Shown piece after piece: positions 1-6,136 of a stretch of DNA of 16,943 nucleotides. Every line of letters begins with the position of its first letter. Position 1 is the first letter of the stretch. The DNA comes from Candidatus Methylomirabilia bacterium (GTDB lineage: Bacteria; Methylomirabilota; Methylomirabilia; Rokubacteriales; CSP1-6). The stretch covers positions 1 to 16,943 of the forward strand of contig JBGPXN010000091.1 in the NCBI GenBank assembly GCA_041492755.1, written 5' to 3'. The notes below the pieces were generated by a model that was given only the letters and a program-made list of their open reading frames with translations, ran no database searches and was not told the DNA's origin. Position numbers and translations under genes: made by a program.

Positions 1-96
1 CACATCGGCTTCAGCTGGGATGCGCAGGGCTCGCCGTGGGGGCTAGTGGCCCTCGGCGGGGAGTTTTCGAGTCCGACGATGTGACCGTCGCGCCGG

Positions 97-693
97 CTAC
101 CGCAGGGTCGTGTCGATCGCGTCGATCAGTCCGTACTCGAGCGCTTCCCGCGCATCGAGAAAACGTCCGCGTCGTGCGTCCTCGGCAATCTCCTCGACAG
201 GACGGCCGGTAACCCACGCGAGCCGGGCATGGAGCCGCCAGAGCAGCTCCCGCTGCTGCTGACTGCGCGAGACGATCTGATCCGGGGTCCCGGAGAAGTG
301 CGTCGTCGGCTGGCCGAGTCGGAACCGCGCGTGCGGGGCGGCAGAGCGATGGTCCGCCGCCGCCAGGACACCGAGCGCGCAACCACCGACCTGGCCCCGG
401 CAATGTGCGCGTACCGTCGCGTGGAGGCCGTCGAGCGTATCGATGAGGACGAACGCAGCCTCCAGCGCGCCGTCGTGGCTATCGAGATGGAGATCGATGG
501 GCTCGTCGCCGATGGTATCGAGCGTCATCAGCGCCGCCGCGGCCTCTCCCGCGATGGCGTCATCGAGCCAGCCGGTCACCAGCACGATCCGGCGCTCGAA
601 GAGCTTCTCTTGCAGCCACCCCGAGAGCCGGCGCCGGTCGGGCGGCCCACCCGGGAAGTTACCCGGCCAGCCGATCATCCCGGGGCTCTTCAC
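97..693 (-). CDS. clpP: ClpP-like (Clp protease proteolytic subunit family) protein, probably catalytically inactive
   Basis: 198 aa with ClpP hallmarks: LFERRIVLVTG, PIDLHLDSHDG, TGRPVEEIAED, FLDAREALEYGLIDAI. The triad positions (GQAAS, MIHQP, ERDRF in canonical ClpP) read GQVGG, RLGQP and RRGRF. GTG start. Confidence 0.88.
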   Translation of the reverse strand: MKSPGMIGWPGNFPGGPPDRRRLSGWLQEKLFERRIVLVTGWLDDAIAGEAAAALMTLDTIGDEPIDLHLDSHDGALEAAFVLIDTLDGLHATVRAHCRGQVGGCALGVLAAADHRSAAPHARFRLGQPTTHFSGTPDQIVSRSQQQRELLWRLHARLAWVTGRPVEEIAEDARRGRFLDAREALEYGLIDAIDTTLR

Positions 694-830
694 ATCGCGA
701 AGGTATATCCCGGACGATACGAGAGCAACGCACGTAGCGCCGCGCGACGCACGGTCAGCGGACGGCGGCGCCGGCGCCGTCGATTACCGCGTCGGGATCG
801 ATGGAGCAGTCGGGGCCAAGCAGCAGGAAA
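284..830. repeat. Direct repeat copy 1 (clpP-like 5' two-thirds, intergenic region and 3' end of a URO-D-family gene)
   Basis: Near-identical to 2773-3271, from GGGGTCCCGGAGAAGTG to CAGCAGGAAA. Confidence 0.95.
755..830 (-). pseudogene. Extreme C-terminal remnant of a uroporphyrinogen decarboxylase (URO-D/MtaA-CmuA) family gene
   Basis: FLLLGPDCSIDPDAVIDGAGAAVR* matches the family's terminal 'fil.pgCsi.p' motif and aligns with RFLLFGPVC in the longer remnant at 3244-3700. Confidence 0.7.
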
Positions 831-1057
831 GGCTCGCGCTCTTGCTCCTGGGCCTCCGACCCGTCTTCACCCGGGGTGGTGACTGGCGGGCGGCCATCGG
901 GCTCGAGCCCGCCGCGCGCCGGAAGGCGAGGGAAACCTATAACGTCAGCCTCGGGGGTCTCTGCGTCACCTGTCATCGCCAGGTGAACCGATTACGATTC
1001 GCGCGCGTGACCTCGAAACGAGGCTGCTGGCGAGGCGAGATCGGGAGGAGGACGACC

Positions 1058-1216
1058 ATGGCCAAGGGCAAGCGGACCTGACGAAGCGTCCCCAAGACAA
1101 CCAAGGGCGTGAAGATCAAAAACCTGCAGCCCAAGGCCGCCCAGCCCGTCAAGGGCGGTGCAACAATCATCGAATACGGCTTCTTAGCCAGTACGGCGCG
1201 GCCCATTAGAAAGTAG
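1058..1216 (+). pseudogene. Small KGG-motif peptide P1, interrupted by in-frame TGA at 1079-1081: MAKGKRT*RSVPKTTKGVKIKNLQPKAAQPVKGG-ATIIEYGFLASTARPIRK
   Basis: RBS GGAGGAGG at 1044-1051, ATG at 1058. The reading frame continues past the TGA with the same leader motif as P2-P4 and ends at TAG 1214-1216. Confidence 0.7.
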
Positions 1217-1258
1217 GTCACGGGGCATCAAGTAGACCTCGTGTCCAGACCTCTTCTG

Positions 1259-1576
1259 TCAACCCCCGACAGCCCCGCCCCCGGAGAGGTGGTCGACCGT
1301 CGCCACGTCCTCGGCGTGGCGGAGCGGATGGCTCAGCGGGAACACTTGCACGGCGATGCCGAGCCGGAGGCGCCGCGTCCGGCTGGCCAGCGCCGCGGCG
1401 ATCACGAGCGGTGAGGAGAGCACCGAGCGCTTTCTCTGGAAGCGGAGCTCGCCGAGCCACACGGCGTCGAAGCCGAGTGCCTCGGCAGCGACCATCTGCG
1501 CCATCGCCTCGTCGAACGCCGCGGCCTCGCTCCATCCCTCCGGGCGCTCGAACTCGGTGAAGAGGCCGACGCGCCT
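1259..1576 (-). pseudogene. N-terminal ~100-aa fragment of an LLM-class (luciferase-like) flavin-dependent oxidoreductase
   Basis: RVGLF...AEALGFDAVWLGE...SPLVIAAALASRTRRLRLGIAV...HPLRHAEDVATVDHLSGG is the typical LLM N-terminus. It is truncated right after SGG, and the expected start codon reads AGG. Confidence 0.85.
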
Positions 1577-1596
1577 GCGCGAGCTGCGGGGTCGGC

Positions 1597-1720
1597 TCAC
1601 CGGCCCTCGACCGTGCCCGTGCGTGGGATCGCGGCGGCGAGGGTCCGGCCGTCCCGGCCCAACCACTCGCCGAACTCGTCGGCGTCCAGGTCGGCAATCG
1701 GGACTCTTCTCCATCACCGC
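1597..1720 (-). pseudogene. Frameshifted C-terminal remnant of a tripartite tricarboxylate transporter substrate-binding (Bug/TctC) gene
   Basis: Manual translation gives AVMEK/SPIADLDADEFGEWLGRDGRTLAAAIPRTGTVEGR* (TGA at 1597-1599), resembling TctC C-termini. It sits directly upstream of the LLM remnant, as in an operon. Confidence 0.55.
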
Positions 1721-1752
1721 GGTGCGTGGACGCTAAAGCGTCCACGAACCGC
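1719..1752. repeat. Inverted repeat / REP-like hairpin
   Basis: GCGGTGCGTGGACGCT-AA-AGCGTCCACGAACCGC: 16-bp arms with one mismatch. Confidence 0.7.
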
Positions 1753-1843
1753 TGGCCGAGGCGGGCAGCTTCAGGCAGTAAGTAGAAGGCGTCGTCGCCG
1801 GGCCCGCCAGCGTGAGAGGACGCAGTGCTCGCGGGCTCTGTCT

Positions 1844-1972
1844 CTACTTCGTATCACCAATCTTTGGATTTCCAAGCATCACTTTGCCGCCTTTGATGTG
1901 GTCTGCCCCTTGCCTTGGTTCAATGTCTCGGAGCCCCTGCGAAGTCTTACGCTCGCTCTTGGCTTTCTTCGT
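1844..1972 (-). CDS. Small KGG-motif peptide P2 (42 codons, ACG at the start position): (M)KKAKSERKTSQGLRDIEPRQGADHIKGG-KVMLGNPKIGDTK
   Basis: RBS GGAGG (1985-1981) lies 8 nt before ACG (1972-1970). It carries the shared leader motif, and an imperfect hairpin (~1802-1836) follows the stop. May be a start-loss pseudogene. Confidence 0.65.
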   Translation of the reverse strand, partial: TKKAKSERKTSQGLRDIEPRQGADHIKGGKVMLGNPKIGDTK

Positions 1973-2014
1973 GGTTTGCGCCTCCGTTGTTGGTGTTGAG
2001 GGACGGGATACGCA

Positions 2015-2037
2015 TGGGGCGCATCGGATGCGCCCCA
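2015..2037. promoter_or_regulatory. Perfect 11-bp palindrome upstream of P2, a possible operator
   Basis: TGGGGCGCATC-G-GATGCGCCCCA, about 45 nt upstream of the P2 start. Confidence 0.4.
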
Positions 2038-2049
2038 GCGCGCGCCCAA

Positions 2050-2170
2050 TATTCATCACGCGGATGCCGTTGCCCTCGACGCTACACGGTATTGGCCCTG
2101 TCACCGTGAACCCGGACAGCCTGACGTGGGCCCCGTCGGTGATTCGCACGACGGCAACCACCGGCTTTCC
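2050..2170 (-). pseudogene. Short internal fragment of a right-handed parallel beta-helix (pectin-lyase-like/NosD-like) protein gene
   Basis: GKPVVAVVRITDGAHVRLSGFTVTGPIPCSVEGNGIRV shows the 'V.I.Gftitg ... nGI.v' pattern of beta-helix proteins. No RBS and no continuation. Confidence 0.5.
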
Positions 2171-2171
2171 G

Positions 2172-2192
2172 TTTCGGAGGTCCTCTCCGAAA
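2172..2192 (-). terminator. Hairpin immediately after the P3 stop codon
   Basis: TTTCGGAG-N5-CTCCGAAA, 4 nt after TAA. No U-tract. Confidence 0.4.
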
Positions 2193-2196
2193 GGCG

Positions 2197-2367
2197 TTAT
2201 GGCGACTTGATGAGCGGGCCGACCGCCGTGCCGGCCTTCTTGACGAGGTTTCCGAGAAAGCCGCCCTTCACCGACTCGCCCAGGCGGATATCGAGATCCC
2301 GAATCCGGGCCTTCGAGCTCTTCTTCGAGCGGGCGCTCTTGCGCGGCGCGGGACGCTTCTTGGCCAT
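2197..2367 (-). CDS. Small KGG-motif peptide P3 (56 aa): MAKKRPAPRKSARSKKSSKARIRDLDIRLGESVKGG-FLGNLVKKAGTAVGPLIKSP
   Basis: RBS GAGGAG (2380-2375) lies 7 nt before ATG 2367. GC3-rich codons, shared leader motif, hairpin after the stop. Confidence 0.8.
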   Translation of the reverse strand: MAKKRPAPRKSARSKKSSKARIRDLDIRLGESVKGGFLGNLVKKAGTAVGPLIKSP

Positions 2368-2443
2368 GGTCATTCTCCTCGGGCGCTGTTCTCCGTCCGG
2401 CCCATCGGACACGCGGGCACGTTACGGACCGGCCGCGGCCAAA

Positions 2444-2623
2444 TCAACCTGACTGCATTCCAATCGAGGACATCACGGTGGATGCGGCGCTCGACAACTT
2501 CTGGCCGATCCTGCCGAAGCCGCCCTTGGCTTGGGCCGCGTTCCCCGCGCGGGCCGGGAGATCCTTCACCCCACGCTTGCCGGAACCCGACTTGGCCTTG
2601 CCGCTGCTCTTCTTCGACTTCAT
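2444..2623 (-). CDS. Small KGG-motif peptide P4 (59 aa, absent from the ORF track): MKSKKSSGKAKSGSGKRGVKDLPARAGNAAQAKGG-FGRIGQKLSSAASTVMSSIGMQSG
   Basis: RBS AAGGAGG (2637-2631) lies 7 nt before ATG 2623, with TGA at 2446-2444. Shared leader motif, in tandem with P3. Confidence 0.8.
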   Translation of the reverse strand: MKSKKSSGKAKSGSGKRGVKDLPARAGNAAQAKGGFGRIGQKLSSAASTVMSSIGMQSG

Positions 2624-2662
2624 GGTGTCCCCTCCTTGGGATCGGATGACGGGGCATCACTC

Positions 2663-2677
2663 GCATAGTGGGTGCCA
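2663..2677 (-). promoter_or_regulatory. Candidate sigma-54 (-24/-12) promoter for P4-P3
   Basis: The minus strand reads TGGCACCCACTATGC, i.e. GG-N10-GC, a close match to TGGCAC-N5-TTGC, about 40 nt upstream of the P4 ATG. Confidence 0.5.
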
Positions 2678-2772
2678 CGCGGGATTGTAAGCCATTTCGT
2701 GAGACCGGGACGGGCGGCTCGAGCGCCATGCCGGGCCAGTCGACTTCGCCATGGCGGCAGAGTGCCCGAGGT

Positions 2773-3181
2773 GGGGTCCCGGAGAAGTGCGTCGTTGGCT
2801 GGCCGAGTCGGAGCCGCGCGTGCGGGGCGGCAGAGTGATGGTCCGCAGCCACCAGGACACCGAGCCCGCAACCACCGACCTGGCCCCGGCAACGTGCGCG
2901 TACCGTCGCCTGGAGCCGTCGAGCGTATCGATGAGGACGAACGCAGCCTCCAGCGCGCCGTCGTGGCTATCGAGATGGAGCTCAATGGGCTCGTCGCCGA
3001 TGGTATCGAGCGTCATCAGCGCCGCCGCGGCCTCTCCCGCGATGGCGTCGTCGAGCCAGCCGGTCACCAGCACGATCCGGCGCGCGAAGAGCTTCTCTTG
3101 CAGCCACGCCGAGAGCCGGCGCCGGTCGGGCGGCCCACCCGGGAAGTTACCCGGCCAGCCGATCATCCCGGCGCTCTTCAT
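2773..3181 (-). pseudogene. clpP: Second clpP-like copy, frameshifted and 3'-truncated
   Basis: ATG at 3181. A 1-bp deletion near 2915 (TGGAGCCG versus TGGAGGCCG in copy 1) shifts the frame, and homology ends at FSGTP (2773). Confidence 0.88.
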
Positions 3182-3271
3182 ATCGCGAAGGTATATCCCG
3201 GACGATACGAGAGCAACGCACGTAGGCGCCGCGCGACACACGGTCAGCAGACGGGGCCAAACAGCAGGAAA
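2773..3271. repeat. Direct repeat copy 2
   Basis: Matches 284-830 apart from point changes, two 1-bp indels and a 48-bp deletion. Confidence 0.95.
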
Positions 3272-3700
3272 CGGCCGCCCATTTCCTCGATAGCCGAGCG
3301 CCCGCGCGCCTCGACCTCCGCCGGCGCCGGATTTCGAATGACCGGCTTGGCCGGCAGGCCACCGATGACCGCTCGCCCCGTCCGTCGCTGTGCTTCCAGG
3401 AGTGACGGGTTGCCCGCCACCGTGGCCCAACTCAGCGCCGCGAACGGATAGTCGACGAATTCGCCGAAGAGGACACTCTCGCCGCAGACGTGCAGCACGT
3501 TGAACGGCGCATCGCTCACGCCACCCAGGATCTCGAGGTCGTACGGCCGCTGGAATCGCCAGCACTCGTCGACGGTGGAGAGCGCAGCCGTCGCCATGTT
3601 GGTCGCGTAGAAGAGTCCGTCGGCGCCCGTCTCCACGGCCGCACGGCGTGATGATTCTGCGCGCGGGCGACGGTGTGAAGATGGTCGCACGGACCGTCGC
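3244..3700 (-). pseudogene. C-terminal half of a uroporphyrinogen decarboxylase (URO-D) family gene
   Basis: AVETGADGLFYA...FQRPYDLEIL...FNVLHVCG...DYP...SW...VIGGL...RFLLFGPVC. The N-terminal half is missing. An out-of-frame ATIFTP near 3670-3690 resembles the family TVFSP motif. Confidence 0.8.
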
Positions 3701-3769
3701 GTCGTGGCGCCGCCGCAGACCGGTCCGGCGAGCCCCAGGATCACGCCGTCGGTCATCGCGGCCACGAGA

Positions 3770-4729
3770 CTACGGCAGCATCCCGAGCCACGCTTCGATC
3801 TCTTGCGCCGTGCGCGGATTCACGACGAGTCCGAGGTGCGTCACGCCCGGCAGCACTCTCACCGTCGCCTTGGCATGGGGCGCGACCGTCGCCTCGTAGC
3901 GCTCGGCATAGAAGGACTCGTCACGGTCGCCGGCGAGGACAAGGAGCGGCCGGCGCATGGCGGCAAGGTCCCTCCCGAGATCGCGGCGCGGGTTGTACGA
4001 CATCATCAGGCGATAGCTGTAGGCCAGCACCTGGCCGGGCGCGGCCTCGGAAGGCGAGACGTTGAAGCGGAGCACGAGCGCGTCCTGTCCGGAGGTGTCG
4101 CCCATCGCCGTCTTCGTTGCGATCTCGACGATCTTCGGCATGTCGGCCTTGGCCCACCCGCCGGAGTCCGGCTTCGACGTCGGCGCATCGGCCCCGAGGA
4201 ACGGCGCGAGGAGGATGTAGCCGTCGACGGCCGGCACGCGGCCGCCGCCGGCAGCGCGGACCAGCAGTCCACCGCCCGCCGAGTGGCCGAGCACGACGAT
4301 CCGCGCGGCGGGACGGTCGCGCCGGATGCGCCCCAGCACGTCGGCCAGGTCGTCCTCGAGCTGGCCGATGTAGTCGACGTCGCCCCGGCGCCCGCCGGAC
4401 GCGCCGTGGCCCCGCAGGTCGAGGGCGTACACCGCCGCCTTTCCACGCCCGCTGAGAGACTGCGCCAGCGGGTGGTAGTAGCTTCCGTTCCCCGACGAGC
4501 CGTGGATCGCGACGAGGACGGTGGTCCCGGACGACTCGTAGACGCGGACGGCCAGCGGCGTGCCGTCGCGCGCCGTGATCGTCGTCGGCGCCGGAAGGCC
4601 GGTGTAGTCGACCTTCCGAAGATCGCTCCGGTCGTACACCGAGTCGCCGCGCGCGGCGCGAGTGGACACCACCTCGAGAGCGGCGAGGAGCAGGACGATC
4701 GTCGTAAGCGCGACCGCGATGAGTTTCAT
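3770..4729 (-). CDS. Secreted alpha/beta-fold hydrolase (lysophospholipase/Hydrolase_4-like), 319 aa
   Basis: RBS AAGGAG before ATG 4729; signal peptide MKLIAVALTTIVLLLAA; motifs IHG, DLRGHGAS, nucleophile GHSAG, GDRD and VTH. Confidence 0.9.
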   Translation of the reverse strand: MKLIAVALTTIVLLLAALEVVSTRAARGDSVYDRSDLRKVDYTGLPAPTTITARDGTPLAVRVYESSGTTVLVAIHGSSGNGSYYHPLAQSLSGRGKAAVYALDLRGHGASGGRRGDVDYIGQLEDDLADVLGRIRRDRPAARIVVLGHSAGGGLLVRAAGGGRVPAVDGYILLAPFLGADAPTSKPDSGGWAKADMPKIVEIATKTAMGDTSGQDALVLRFNVSPSEAAPGQVLAYSYRLMMSYNPRRDLGRDLAAMRRPLLVLAGDRDESFYAERYEATVAPHAKATVRVLPGVTHLGLVVNPRTAQEIEAWLGMLP

Positions 4730-5250
4730 GGTGGTCTCCTTTGTCGACGAGGATGGCGCGCTATGCGAGGACGTCGGCGCCGGGAATCGTCCGAGAGGCA
4801 TGAAGCGAGACCTGAAGGGTCCGCATCGGGTGACGAATGGCCGGGGGTTGCCGCCGATTGATCTCCAGGCCGGGACGTCGCTCCAGGTCTTCCGACGCGT
4901 GTCTGATCGACTCCCGCATGAATTTGATCGCAAGAAGCGGAGTGTTTCCTTTGCCGATCTCTGCGACGCTTGTATTGGCCACGTCACGACCAGCCTGGGG
5001 AGATGGAGGTCGTCACCCTGAGATCAGCGGTCGGGCCGATAGGATTTTCAGAGGCCCTGTCGCGCCGACCGCACCCACCACGTTTCTCGCTTGCCTCCCG
5101 GGCGAGGGCGAGAACCGCGTTCGGCGGCGGCCAAGTCAAGAGCCCGGGGCGTGGGATGGTCGTGCGATGACCGTCCGTGGTGCTCACAAACCCGGGAGCT
5201 GGCGAGAACCTGGCCCGCTTTCACGGGGAAGTCCTGCCGGGGCGGAGACG

Positions 5251-5892
5251 CTATGCCCCGCCCGCGGGCTTGTCAACGTCGCCCTGTCCCCGTGGAGCTC
5301 CTTCCCCGAGCGCGGCGAGACCCTTGACCAGCTCTGGCACGGTCGGGATTCCGCCGACTCCGCCCGTCGTGTGGACGGCTCGGACCATGCCGCCACGATC
5401 GACGAGGAACACCGCTTGCGCGGACTCCTGACCTCTGTAGCGTTTCATGGGCTCCATCGACGGCGTGGGCTCGCCGCGGACCTTGTCCACGACGGTCAGG
5501 ACCATGCACGTCGCCATGCGCCCGAGGCCCGCGGGCAGGGGCATGCGGCTCAGCGGCAGCCCGTAGGTTTCGTGAGCCACGCGGGCGGCGTCGCAGACGT
5601 ATGGAAACGTCAGGGTGTAGCGCTGGAAGTACTGGCGAGCCTCTTGGGGCGTGTTGTGAGTGACCTGGAGGATCTCGGCGTTCCGGGATCGGATCTCCTC
5701 GTAGCCGCGGCGGAGCTGGGCCATGTTGCGGCGGCAGAAGGGGCAGAACAGCCCGGCCGAGAACCACAGCACGAGATTTTGCTTGCCGCGATAGTCGGCA
5801 GGGCCTACCTCCGGACCCTGCGCGGTCGGGAGCCGGAAGTCCGGGGCGCGATCACCTACGCGGGGCGTCGGGACTGACGACTGAGTTTCCAT
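5251..5892 (-). CDS. Peroxiredoxin-like redoxin (AhpC/TSA family), 213 aa
   Basis: VGDRAPDFRLP, FCPFC redox motif, AVFLVDRGG. RBS AAGGAGG lies 7 nt before ATG 5892. Confidence 0.88.
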   Translation of the reverse strand: METQSSVPTPRVGDRAPDFRLPTAQGPEVGPADYRGKQNLVLWFSAGLFCPFCRRNMAQLRRGYEEIRSRNAEILQVTHNTPQEARQYFQRYTLTFPYVCDAARVAHETYGLPLSRMPLPAGLGRMATCMVLTVVDKVRGEPTPSMEPMKRYRGQESAQAVFLVDRGGMVRAVHTTGGVGGIPTVPELVKGLAALGEGAPRGQGDVDKPAGGA

Positions 5893-6136
5893 CTCGATTC
5901 CTCCTTCGGGGCGATACACACGACGCGAACGTTAGAAGCCGGCGAGATCCTTCACGAGCTCGGGTACGGTCAGGAGGGCGCCGAGCGGGCGCGATCGATG
6001 CTTCACTCCCCTGGCGGGGCGCGCTCGCCGCCCCGCGTAACGGCTCCACGCAGGATACCAGCCTTGTCAGCGGTGGTCAGCGCCGCGTTGCTCCGGCCGC
6101 CGGCCGTGGCGTACGCTCGGGGCGGGTGAGCCCGTC

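Noticed and set aside
1241..1268. GTGTCCAGACCTCTTCTGTCAACCCC as a possible IS end
   Set aside because: There is no partner inverted repeat, target duplication or transposase in the window.
1844..2161. 105-aa ORF as a single gene
   Set aside because: It is better explained as a chance in-frame join of a beta-helix fragment, a palindromic spacer and P2, which has its own RBS.
4730..4987. N-terminal extension of the hydrolase, and small ORFs in 4761-5250
   Set aside because: The RBS and signal peptide place the start at 4729. I found no motif, RBS or KGG leader in the small ORFs.
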